From Clostridia bacterium (lineage in GTDB: Bacteria > Bacillota > Clostridia > Oscillospirales > RGIG5299): a stretch of 64,000 nucleotides of DNA. The DNA lies in contig JAFVQJ010000014.1 of assembly GCA_017504945.1 (NCBI GenBank), positions 6,373-70,372 of the forward strand. The letters are read 5' to 3'. The notes under the pieces were generated by a model that did not search any database, had not been told where the DNA came from, and saw only the letters and a list, made by a program, of their open reading frames with translations. Position 1 is the first letter of the stretch. Each line of letters opens with the position of its first letter. Position numbers and translations under genes: made by a program. Below, piece after piece: positions 16,496 through 25,365 of this stretch.

Positions 16496-18562
16496 TTATT
16501 CAAAATAGACCACCGCTTTTTCGCCGTAGGTCATATCGGAAAATTCAATGCCGTAGCCGCTGCTTATCTCCTCGAGATAATTTCTGTAAGCAAGAGAATA
16601 TTCAAAGGTAAAAAGCTTTTTCGTAAAGCTGTAACGCAAAAAATAATCGTCCTTTAAAATTCCCTCACAGATAATTATATCATAAAAGGCGGTTTTGTAA
16701 AGTTCCTTTAACGAAAAACCGTCGGGTAAAACGGCAATATTTTGCTTTTTGCCCTCAATAACAAGGGAAAAACCGCCGTTTGACTCGTAAAAGTAAAGAG
16801 TGAGCGCACCAACCCTTACCGTTTCGGGAGGAGGCGCATTGTCTGTCGGCAGGACGGAGAGAATGCAGTTTGAAAAGCCGTTTGAAATTAGAAATTCCGA
16901 AACGGGAGAGGGAACGTCGGGCGCCGAAAAGGCGTATAAAAAGCTCTCGTTTTCGCTTTTTACCGCAACTGCCTTTATGCCGTTTCCGTAAAACAGCGTG
17001 AGCTTTGCTCTGTCGCTTGCACCCGAGTTAAATATCCCCGCGGAGAGCAAAATGAGCGACAGAGCCGAGCAAACTGCCACGAGACGATATCTTCTTTTAA
17101 AGATAAGAAGGAGCGCCGTTCCGAAGAGCAGGCAGGAGAATATCACGAATATCATAAGCTCGGGCGAGAGATAGAGCCTTGCATTCGGGAGAGAGGCAAT
17201 GAGCCTCGATATCGCGACCAAAAGCTTCATAAGCACGCGGACGATATACGCCGCGAGATCGGAAACTGCCGGAATATAAAAGAGAAAGGAAAGGGCAAGC
17301 AGAAAGACGAAAAGCACCGACACCAAAAATGATGAGAGCAGATTTGCCAAAAGGGAATAGAGCGGAAGATATCCGAAGAACAAAAGCAGGGCGGGAGAGG
17401 TAAAGGCGGCGGCAAAAAGCGAAATAAATACGGGAGAAAGCAGGGCAGACACCGTCTTTTGCACTCTGTATCGTTTTGAAACGGCTTTTGAAACGGAAAA
17501 GACCGCCTTTGAGCCAAGGCAAATACCGAAAACCGCGGAAAATGAGAGAATAAAGGAAACGGAGTAGATAAGAAAAGGATTAAAGGTAAGAAACAAAACG
17601 GCGGTAAATGAAACGGTTGACAAAAGAGAGCTTCTCTTTACGAAAACAAAGGAGAGAGCCATAATAAGACACATAACCGCCGCTCTTACGACCGAGGGAG
17701 TGAGGTCTGCAAAGAAACAGGCAAAGAGTAAAACGGGAATTATTATAAAAAGAGCAGTCTTGCGGGAGGCGCCCAAAAGCTCTGTCAAAAACAGCACGAC
17801 AGAGCATAGCACCGAAATATGAAAGCCCGAAACGGCAAAATAGTGTGAGATACCCGCCGTGCGAAGCGATTCCGAGGCGTCGGTAAGCTCAAGACCGTTT
17901 CCCGTAAGCATTGCGGCGGCAAGCACGCCCTCCTCCGAGCCGACGGCGGCACGGACGGCGTTTACCACGGCGGTGCGAAGAGAAGATATCGCTCTTAACA
18001 GGGGAAGGCTGTCGGTGTCTTTTATCAAAACGCCGTCTGTAAGCAGGCAGCTTATGTAAATTCCCTCCGAGGCAAGAGAGAGCCTTCTTTCGTTCCCCTT
18101 AATGCCAACCGCCTCGGCAACGATTGTATTTCCCACCGAAACGCGCTCAAGAAGGGTGATATCCTCGCTTTCGACCAAAATGCTTCCGAGGGTAACGGCA
18201 CTGTCCCTTACCCTGAAGCTTACGGTTCCGTTTTTATAGACAGGCTCTGATATCACGGTGGCGTTTAAGCTAAAAACGGTGTCGCAAAGCTTATCGCTCT
18301 TTTTCATTTCGCCAAGCGAAATACCGCAAAGGAGCGACGAGATGCAAATTACCGCAAGAGTTACCGAAACAACGGTAAGCCTTGCTCTTTTTGAAATGAA
18401 AAAGAGTGAAAAAAGAAAAATCGCCGCAGAGATTGCGGCGATAATAAAGGCAACTGTGGCGCTTTGCACTGTTAAAAGAGCAATAAGCGGCAGAAAAACT
18501 GCCGCTGTAAAAGCTATAGGATGCTTTATCTTAAACGCTTTATTGCTTATTTGCATAGACAA
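16496..18562 (-). CDS. comEC: ComEC/Rec2 family DNA internalisation channel protein
   Basis: 688 aa polytopic membrane protein with the competence-domain motif SHYFAVSGFHISV. I saw no HxHxDH metallo-beta-lactamase motif. Confidence 0.7.
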   Translation of the reverse strand: MSMQISNKAFKIKHPIAFTAAVFLPLIALLTVQSATVAFIIAAISAAIFLFSLFFISKRARLTVVSVTLAVICISSLLCGISLGEMKKSDKLCDTVFSLNATVISEPVYKNGTVSFRVRDSAVTLGSILVESEDITLLERVSVGNTIVAEAVGIKGNERRLSLASEGIYISCLLTDGVLIKDTDSLPLLRAISSLRTAVVNAVRAAVGSEEGVLAAAMLTGNGLELTDASESLRTAGISHYFAVSGFHISVLCSVVLFLTELLGASRKTALFIIIPVLLFACFFADLTPSVVRAAVMCLIMALSFVFVKRSSLLSTVSFTAVLFLTFNPFLIYSVSFILSFSAVFGICLGSKAVFSVSKAVSKRYRVQKTVSALLSPVFISLFAAAFTSPALLLFFGYLPLYSLLANLLSSFLVSVLFVFLLALSFLFYIPAVSDLAAYIVRVLMKLLVAISRLIASLPNARLYLSPELMIFVIFSCLLFGTALLLIFKRRYRLVAVCSALSLILLSAGIFNSGASDRAKLTLFYGNGIKAVAVKSENESFLYAFSAPDVPSPVSEFLISNGFSNCILSVLPTDNAPPPETVRVGALTLYFYESNGGFSLVIEGKKQNIAVLPDGFSLKELYKTAFYDIIICEGILKDDYFLRYSFTKKLFTFEYSLAYRNYLEEISSGYGIEFSDMTYGEKAVVYFE

Positions 18563-18851
18563 AAGCTATTGCAACGACTGCGGCAACGGCACCTACGCCG
18601 ACCACAGAGATAATGACGTTTGCAACTACCTCACCGGTGCTCATAGCGGGAGCGGAGGAGGTGCTGCTCGAGGTAGAGCTTGAGGCGGAGCCGGAGCTTG
18701 CCGAGCCCGATGATGCGGAGTCTGACGATGCTGCCTCCGAGGAGGTTACCTCAGAAGAAGCGGGTTCAGACGGTTCGCCCTCTGCAAAAGCAACGACGGA
18801 GAGAGTCATTATAACCAAAATCGAAGTGAGTATGATAAGAAATTTTTTCAT
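18540..18851 (-). CDS. Small Ser-rich secreted protein with C-terminal TM anchor
   Basis: Signal peptide (..VAFA-EGE), a ~45-aa S/A/E/T low-complexity tract, and a C-terminal hydrophobic helix. Overlaps the comEC start by 23 nt. Confidence 0.5.
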   Translation of the reverse strand: MKKFLIILTSILVIMTLSVVAFAEGEPSEPASSEVTSSEAASSDSASSGSASSGSASSSTSSSTSSAPAMSTGEVVANVIISVVGVGAVAAVVAIAFVYANKQ

Positions 18852-18925
18852 TTGTTTTGCCTCCGTAAATTTTTACCTTAATATATTAACCTATTTCGGT
18901 GAGAATTTCAACTGTTTTTTAAAAA

Positions 18926-20647
18926 TTAGTTTACCGATCTGCCCTTTAGCGTGGGAGAAAATACCGAATCGGATATCTTTTTCACTCTTTCGCTCTCAAC
19001 GATATCGCAAAGACGCTCCGATATCTGCTTTATCGGAAGCTGGTTTATAAAGTTAAGAAGCGCCTCTCTCATAAATTCGTCGTCGGGATGCTCGGTAAAC
19101 GTTACCGATATCTTTCCGTGAGGAAGAAGGGTAACGGTGAGAAAGCGGACGTTTGACGCCTCGAGAAAGGAAAACCTGAAATTGAGAACGGTATTTCCAT
19201 TCCCGTCACGCAAGACGCTTCCTCTCACCGCAATGTGATATTTTTCGCCTAGGCAGTCGTAGACCGAGCGCTCGGTCGAGTAAAAGCCTACGGGAAAGCG
19301 GTAATCTCTGCCGTTTTCAACAAAGTGGATATAAAAGCGGCGGTTTTTCACCGAAAAAGAAAGCTCTTTTATACCGTCGGTATAATAATTTCTTATTCCG
19401 CCGAGAATAAACGGCATAAGCCCTGCGGGCGAGCTTTTGCCGCCGTTTAAAATATAGCGCTTGCCGTTTAGAGAGGAAAGCTCTTTAGGATATTTCAAAA
19501 GCAGGTGAGGCTTATAATTTTTAAGACCGCGCAGCGTGCGCGCAAGATAAGCGCTTTCGGAAATCGGGCTTTTGCATTTAGGCAAGGAGGAGCCGAAATA
19601 TCGGTTGCAGACAGAATAGAAGGGACCCTGCTGAAAGGTCTCGCCGTTTGCGGCGTTTGCCACTATAATTATTTCATTTTCGGGGTAGATGAGCATATTT
19701 TGCCCAAACATTCCGTTAAACAAAATGCTTTCGGTGCCTCTGCCCGTCCAGATATGGTAGCCGTAATCGAAATCGCCGTTTCCCGTGGGAGAAAGCTTTT
19801 TTGAGGTAGCCTCGCGAAGATAATCGGCGGGAACTATCTGTCTGCCCTCCCATTTTCCGCCGTTCAAAACGAGCAGACCGAGGCGCGCCATATCCTCGGG
19901 AAAGATATATAGCCCGAAGCCGCCGCACTCGATATCCTCGGGGCTTTTTTCCCAATAACAGCCGTTTATTCCGAGCGGCTTGAAAAGACGCTCGCTTGTG
20001 AATTCGGAAAGCGTCTGTCCCGAAACCTCACGGACTATCGCCGAGAGGACATAGCTGTTCATGCTGTTGTAGTCAAACGACCTGCCGAGAGGAAATTTTC
20101 TTGCCGACTCGAAAAACGCCTTTAGCCAGTCCTCCTCGGTAACGGCGCCTATCTCGTTAAAGACCGCTCCCGTGCTCATGGTAAGCAGATGCTTTACCGT
20201 CATATTCCCCGCAGAGAGCCGCAGAAGCGGACCGAGCCTTGAGTAAAGAAGCCGGGAAACCTTGCTGTCAAGCGAAAGCTTGCCGTCGCCTATCAAAATG
20301 CCTATTACGAGAGAAAGCACGCTCTTGCACTCGGAGTGAGTCATTTTCCGCATATTCAGGGAGTAGTCGCCCCACTCCGCGCGGCACACGACCTCGCCTC
20401 CTTTAACGATAAGCACCGATTGCATATCGAGCCTTTCGTTATCGGAAAGCTCCTTTAAAAAGTTGGCAAGGTGTGCGGGTGAAATACCCGACAGTGCGGC
20501 AGGGCGCGCAGGCAGCAAAGAGGGCTTATCGGAGGGGTTGAAATCGGGCTTTTTGGGCACGAAGGGAAAAACTCCCTTGGTGGGATTTTCGGTATCGAGA
20601 AATCTCGTTATAAGCTTAAGCGCGTTTGCCTGAAAAGAAATATCCAT
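18926..20647 (-). CDS. Serine hydrolase, beta-lactamase/transpeptidase-like (class C family)
   Basis: 573 aa with an SxxK motif (SECK) in the expected N-terminal context and an extra C-terminal domain. Confidence 0.65.
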   Translation of the reverse strand: MDISFQANALKLITRFLDTENPTKGVFPFVPKKPDFNPSDKPSLLPARPAALSGISPAHLANFLKELSDNERLDMQSVLIVKGGEVVCRAEWGDYSLNMRKMTHSECKSVLSLVIGILIGDGKLSLDSKVSRLLYSRLGPLLRLSAGNMTVKHLLTMSTGAVFNEIGAVTEEDWLKAFFESARKFPLGRSFDYNSMNSYVLSAIVREVSGQTLSEFTSERLFKPLGINGCYWEKSPEDIECGGFGLYIFPEDMARLGLLVLNGGKWEGRQIVPADYLREATSKKLSPTGNGDFDYGYHIWTGRGTESILFNGMFGQNMLIYPENEIIIVANAANGETFQQGPFYSVCNRYFGSSLPKCKSPISESAYLARTLRGLKNYKPHLLLKYPKELSSLNGKRYILNGGKSSPAGLMPFILGGIRNYYTDGIKELSFSVKNRRFYIHFVENGRDYRFPVGFYSTERSVYDCLGEKYHIAVRGSVLRDGNGNTVLNFRFSFLEASNVRFLTVTLLPHGKISVTFTEHPDDEFMREALLNFINQLPIKQISERLCDIVESERVKKISDSVFSPTLKGRSVN

Positions 20648-20736
20648 TTAAGTCCCTCCCCAAAATTTTCCTTTACTCTATTATACCATCTTTTTCGTTG
20701 CAAAAACCACATAATTTTTTAAATTTTTATAAACCG

Positions 20737-20765
20737 TTATATTTTTTTGTTGCCGCGCATAGCCT
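20737..20765 (+). promoter_or_regulatory. Possible sigma-E-type sporulation promoter for yabP
   Basis: TTATATT (20737-20743), 14 nt, CATAGCCT (20758-20765), compared with my recollection of the consensus ATATT-14-CATACA-T. This is a weak call. Confidence 0.25.
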
Positions 20766-20791
20766 TATAAAAAACGAAAGGAAGAAGCATT

Positions 20792-21070
20792 ATGGTTGAA
20801 GAAAAAAAGATAAAGAAGGCTCACTCGGCGGTGCTTGAATGCCGAAGGAAGCTTACACTCACGGGCGTTTCGGAGGTTGAGGATTTCGATGCGGCGCACG
20901 TTTCGGCGGCAACCGATTACGGAGTGGTAACGGTGCGCGGAAGCGAGCTGAAAATAGGAAAGCTTTCGGTTGAGGCGGGAGAGCTTTCGGTTGAGGGGAA
21001 AATAGAGGCGGTATTTTACAGCGAGGAAGCCGAGGAGAAAAAGAGCTTCCTTTCAAGGCTTTTCAAATAG
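20792..21070 (+). CDS. yabP: Sporulation protein YabP
   Basis: 92 aa with the LTLTGV..V..FD......G.L.I.G..L pattern. Followed by yabQ and divIC as in Bacillus. Confidence 0.75.
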   Translation: MVEEKKIKKAHSAVLECRRKLTLTGVSEVEDFDAAHVSAATDYGVVTVRGSELKIGKLSVEAGELSVEGKIEAVFYSEEAEEKKSFLSRLFK

Positions 21071-21086
21071 CGGAGAGCAAAAATAA

Positions 21087-21548
21087 ATGACTCACACCGT
21101 TTTCGGCGAAAGCGCCGTTATAATACAAAGCGTGATATTCGGTCTTATTGCGGGACTTTTGTTTGAGCTTTTTCGCTCGCTTCGCTCGGTCACGCCGACA
21201 AACGCCGCTCTGGTGGCGCTTGAGGACGTTGTCTTTTGGATCATCTTTGCCTTTTCGTCGGTGGTCTTTTTCGTGAAGATATACTCGGGCAGGCTCGAGC
21301 TTTTTCCCGTTTTTGCCGTGCTTTCGGGATTTTTGCTTTTCTATTCTCTTTTCGGAAGACTCGGCACCCGTCTGCGAACGAGAGCCGTTTTGCCTCTTAA
21401 ACGGCGTATTGCGCGTTTTTTGCAAAAGAAAAGAACAAGAGAAAAGAAACAAAAGGGCAAATCTTTGAATATTTTCAACAAAATTAAAAGAAAAGTAATT
21501 TTTTTTAAAAAAAGCTCTTCCAAAAAACCGAAAAATGATATAAAATGA
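21087..21548 (+). CDS. yabQ: Spore cortex biosynthesis protein YabQ
   Basis: Small polytopic membrane protein at the conserved position after yabP, with a basic tail. Confidence 0.65.
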   Translation: MTHTVFGESAVIIQSVIFGLIAGLLFELFRSLRSVTPTNAALVALEDVVFWIIFAFSSVVFFVKIYSGRLELFPVFAVLSGFLLFYSLFGRLGTRLRTRAVLPLKRRIARFLQKKRTREKKQKGKSLNIFNKIKRKVIFFKKSSSKKPKNDIK

Positions 21549-21597
21549 TATACGGAAAAATTTGAACGCATCTTAAACGGGAAGGGAGCGGCTTTTC

Positions 21598-21879
21598 GTG
21601 TTTGGCAAGGCGGCTGTAAAAAAGCTGATACAGATAGTAGCCATAGCCTTTTTGGCGGTAATGGTCTTTACCGTTATAAAGGGCACGGTCGACGTTGCCG
21701 AAAAGCAGTCGGAGATAGAGGACCTTAAGGCTATCTACCTCTCACTCGAAAACGAAAAGGCGGAGCTTTCCGATCTTCTCACGGCAGACGAGCGCGACAT
21801 TATCGAGCGCTACGCCCGTATGAAGTATAACTACTCCTATCCTGGTGAGACCGTTTATAACGACATCACAAAAAGATAA
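21598..21879 (+). CDS. divIC: Septum formation initiator family protein (DivIC/FtsB)
   Basis: 93 aa, GTG start. One TM helix plus a coiled coil, ending with a YARMKYNY..PGE-type motif. Confidence 0.65.
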   Translation: MFGKAAVKKLIQIVAIAFLAVMVFTVIKGTVDVAEKQSEIEDLKAIYLSLENEKAELSDLLTADERDIIERYARMKYNYSYPGETVYNDITKR

Positions 21880-21907
21880 ATTATTTTTCGGAGGCAATTT
21901 TTTCTTT

Positions 21908-22276
21908 ATGGTTTTGGAAATCGGACAGATTCAAGAGGGTAAGGTTACCGGCATAACCAAATTCGGCGTTTTCGTAGCGCTCGATTCAACCACCACGGGT
22001 ATGGTGCATATCTCGGAGGTGTCGAAGGATTACGTTAAGGATCTTAACGACTACGTCAAGGTAGGCGACACCGTAAGAGTAAAGGTAATAGGCAACGAAA
22101 AGGGAAAGATATCACTTTCGATGTCGAAGGCGATTCCCGAGGTTAAAAAGACAGAGTCGTTTGAGGATATGCTTTTGAAATTCAAGCAGAGAAGCGACGA
22201 TAAAATGTCTGATCTTAAGCGCTCAACCGATTCAAAGCGTGGCGGCGGAAGAAGCAGGGGCTCTAAAAAGTTTTGA
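21908..22276 (+). CDS. yabR: S1 RNA-binding domain protein (YabR-like)
   Basis: The EGKVTGITKFGVFVAL...GMVHISE S1 motif starts at ATG 21908. Synteny with yabP-yabQ-divIC. Confidence 0.75.
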   Translation: MVLEIGQIQEGKVTGITKFGVFVALDSTTTGMVHISEVSKDYVKDLNDYVKVGDTVRVKVIGNEKGKISLSMSKAIPEVKKTESFEDMLLKFKQRSDDKMSDLKRSTDSKRGGGRSRGSKKF

Positions 22277-22279
22277 CAT

Positions 22280-22315
22280 AAACCGTTATACCGCGCGGTA
22301 TAACGGTTTTGTTTT
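22280..22315 (+). terminator. Intrinsic terminator after yabR
   Basis: AAACCGTTATACC/GGTATAACGGTTT stem followed by a T-rich tail. Confidence 0.65.
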
Positions 22316-22346
22316 AGGGAAGATTATTGCAAAAGGAGTGTTTACC

Positions 22347-23255
22347 GTGAAAAAGGCGGCAGTTATAGGCGGCGGTCCCGCAGGGCTTACGGCGGCGCTC
22401 TATCTTGCTCGTGCAGGAATAGAGGCTTTCGTTTTCGAGGGGAATTTTGCGGGCGGAAAAATGAACGATACCCCCGAAATAGAAAATTATCCCGGATTTT
22501 TGTCGGTCTCGGGCTTCGAGCTTTCCGAAAGCATTTCAAGGCAGGCGCAGAGCGCGGGCGCGGTGCTTGTTTCCGAGGCGGTAACCGATATAAAGAAGGA
22601 GGGAAAGGGATTTATTCTCACCTCCCATTCGGGTGAAAACCTCTTTGACGCGGTGGTTTACGCCGCAGGCACCGAAAAGAGAAGGCTCGGAATTGCTGGC
22701 GAGGAGAAATTTTTCGGAAGAGGCATCTCCTATTGCGCTCTTTGCGACGGCGGCTTTTACAAGGGTAAAACGGTATTCGTAATAGGCGGCGGAAACACCG
22801 CCGTGAGCGACGCGATATATCTTTCAAGGCTTTGCAAGCAGGTGTTTTTGGTCCACAGAAGAGATGAATTTCGCGCCGAAAAGCATCTTACCTCATTGGC
22901 AAGGAAAATTGAAAATATAACGCTGCTTCTCTCTGCCGTGCCTACCGAGATAAAGGGCGACAAAAGGGTAAGCGCGATAGTAATCAAGGATAAGAACGGC
23001 GAAAGAGAATACGCGACCGACGGAGTATTTACCGCAATCGGCGCAGATCCCGTAACGGCGCTTTTAAAGCCGTTTGGAGTAACCGACGGAAGCGGCTATA
23101 TAATTGCGGACCGTGAGGGAGTAACCTCGGTTGAGGGTCTTTTTGCGGCGGGCGACGCTGTGGCGAAGAAATGTCGCCAGATAGCAACCGCCGTGGGCGA
23201 CGGAGCCGCCGCGGCAACGTCCGCAACGGAATATCTCGAGAGATTGGAGGAATAA
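22347..23255 (+). CDS. trxB: Thioredoxin-disulfide reductase
   Basis: GTG 22347 follows an AAAGGAG RBS. GGGPAG FAD motif, CALC redox centre and GGGNTA NADPH motif. Confidence 0.85.
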   Translation: MKKAAVIGGGPAGLTAALYLARAGIEAFVFEGNFAGGKMNDTPEIENYPGFLSVSGFELSESISRQAQSAGAVLVSEAVTDIKKEGKGFILTSHSGENLFDAVVYAAGTEKRRLGIAGEEKFFGRGISYCALCDGGFYKGKTVFVIGGGNTAVSDAIYLSRLCKQVFLVHRRDEFRAEKHLTSLARKIENITLLLSAVPTEIKGDKRVSAIVIKDKNGEREYATDGVFTAIGADPVTALLKPFGVTDGSGYIIADREGVTSVEGLFAAGDAVAKKCRQIATAVGDGAAAATSATEYLERLEE

Positions 23256-23258
23256 GCT

Positions 23259-24395
23259 GTGAATTTTATAAACGCGAAAATATTTGACGGCGAAAAGATG
23301 ATCGAAAAGGGCTACCTTTCATTTTCAAACGGCGTAATAACCGCCGTGGGAGAGATGAAGGATTTTGAGGGAGAGGGAACCGATATGACGGGAAAATTCA
23401 TTTTCCCCGGTCTTATCGACGCCCACACCCACATCGGTATGTGGGGCGACTCGCTCGGCTTTGAGGGCGACGACGGCAACGAGGATACCGACCCGATAAC
23501 TCCCCATCTTCTCGGAAGCGACGGCGTAAAGATATTCGACCGCTGCTTTTCAGAGGCGCTCGAGGCGGGTGTGACCACGGTGCTTACGGGTCCGGGAAGC
23601 GCAAATCCCGCAGGCGGCATCTACGCGGTATATCAAACGGCGGGCGCGCCCGACGGACGCTTATATAAGGAATATGCAGGTCTTAAGATCGCCTTCGGTG
23701 AAAATCCCAAGGGCTGTTATAAGGGCAAGGAGAGAGGTCCCGTTACCCGAATGGCAACGGCGGCGCTCCTTCGCGAGATGCTTGAAAAGGCAAAGAGATA
23801 CGAAAATGACTGCAAAAAGGCTGAAGCGGATAGCGAGCTTGACGCTCCCGACTACGATATAAAGCTTGAGACGGTTTCGAGGGTAATGAGGGAAAGACTT
23901 CCCGTTTTTGCCCACGCCCATCAGGCAGAGGATATACTCTCCGCAATAAAGCTTGCAAAGGAATTTTGCTTAAACCTCGTTATCGTTCACGGAACAGACG
24001 GTGCGGCGGTAAAGGATATCCTTGCAAGAGAGAAAATATCGGTGCTTTCGGGTCCCGTTCTTTGCGACAGAAGCAAGCCCGAGTTAAAAAGCCTTTCGCC
24101 CAAAACGGCGGGAGAGCTTAACCGTGCGGGAGTTAAAACGGCAATAATAACCGACCACCCCGTTATTCCCATACAGTATCTGCCTCTTTGCGCCGCGGTT
24201 TCGGTAAAGCACGGGCTTGACAAAATCGAAGCCTATAAGGCGCTTACCTCAAATCCCGCAGAGATTTGCGGCATAGAGAAAAAGGGCAGACTCAAGGAGG
24301 GCTTCGATGCCGATATCGCCGTATTTTCGGGCGATCCGCTCGACGTTATGACCTCCTGCGAGCAGGCTTACATAAAAGGAAATAAGGTGCTTTAA
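23259..24395 (+). CDS. Amidohydrolase family metallo-hydrolase
   Basis: 378 aa with a DAHTHIG metal-binding motif and C-terminal DADIAVF. Confidence 0.7.
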   Translation: MNFINAKIFDGEKMIEKGYLSFSNGVITAVGEMKDFEGEGTDMTGKFIFPGLIDAHTHIGMWGDSLGFEGDDGNEDTDPITPHLLGSDGVKIFDRCFSEALEAGVTTVLTGPGSANPAGGIYAVYQTAGAPDGRLYKEYAGLKIAFGENPKGCYKGKERGPVTRMATAALLREMLEKAKRYENDCKKAEADSELDAPDYDIKLETVSRVMRERLPVFAHAHQAEDILSAIKLAKEFCLNLVIVHGTDGAAVKDILAREKISVLSGPVLCDRSKPELKSLSPKTAGELNRAGVKTAIITDHPVIPIQYLPLCAAVSVKHGLDKIEAYKALTSNPAEICGIEKKGRLKEGFDADIAVFSGDPLDVMTSCEQAYIKGNKVL

Positions 24396-24399
24396 AATA

Positions 24400-24430
24400 A
24401 CGGCTTCGCCATATCGGCGAAGCCGTTTAC
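24400..24430 (+). terminator. Intrinsic terminator after the amidohydrolase gene
   Basis: ACGGCTTCGCC-ATAT-(C)GGCGAAGCCGT followed by TTT. Confidence 0.6.
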
Positions 24431-24557
24431 GGTAATTTGAGTCGTCCCGATTAAGAATTTTGAGCCGTTTACCCTTATTTTACAATATAAAACTTGCTTT
24501 TGGAGATAAAATATTGTAAAATAGATTATTATTAAATTACCGAATGGGAGATATATT

Positions 24558-25328
24558 ATGTTTAAGAAATTATTTTTGATTTTAACCGCGCTTATGCTTG
24601 TCTGCGGTCTTGCCGCATGTAACGGCGATAACGGCGGAGATCCCTCGAGCGATCCCGCATCGTCCGTCGTTTCGATAACGCTTGATGCAGATCAGGAAAC
24701 TGCGTTTGACGATTTTCTTTCCGCTATTTCGGTAAGAGGCTCGTATATGGACGTTTTGATAAAGAGAGATTACACCGAGGGCGACGTTACCTTGAATACC
24801 GAGCTCTCCTTCTTTCAGCCGCAGGGCCCCGGCTACTTTACCTTCGGTAAGGTAACGAAGAAAAACGGCGAGATATTCTTAAAGGAGCATTTCGGCGGTA
24901 CCACCAACTACACCTACTCCTGCGGCGACGATTTCGTTACCATTGCATCTACCGGCTTTGCAGGTCCCATACTCGAGAGAATTGCCTACGACGAGGTGGC
25001 TCACACCAGAATAAAGCTCGAGGGCGACTTCGATTACGAGGAACTTACAATTACCGCCTTCTCTCACAGCTATGCTGACGGCATTTTGAAGGTAGATATC
25101 ACCTTTGCCGAGGCGCGTGACGGCGAGCTTTTGAAGGAATACGGCAGCGAGGGCGAATACTACGCCAAGGATATTAACTTAAAGGCGGAAATAAACGATT
25201 CCGAAACTATCGTTCTCGAGGAGATAACCTACACTCTCGTCAAGGTGTCTGACGGCAGCAGCGTAAGCTGTAAGATAGTAACCGAAACGGTGCCCGATGC
25301 TGTTAAGGGAGTACCCGAGGCAGTTTGA
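24558..25328 (+). CDS. Lipoprotein, unknown function
   Basis: Lipobox GLAAC after a signal peptide. GGGAG RBS. Confidence 0.6.
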   Translation: MFKKLFLILTALMLVCGLAACNGDNGGDPSSDPASSVVSITLDADQETAFDDFLSAISVRGSYMDVLIKRDYTEGDVTLNTELSFFQPQGPGYFTFGKVTKKNGEIFLKEHFGGTTNYTYSCGDDFVTIASTGFAGPILERIAYDEVAHTRIKLEGDFDYEELTITAFSHSYADGILKVDITFAEARDGELLKEYGSEGEYYAKDINLKAEINDSETIVLEEITYTLVKVSDGSSVSCKIVTETVPDAVKGVPEAV

Positions 25329-25365
25329 TTTTCCTGCTTAAATTCTTGATTTATTGGAGATAATT

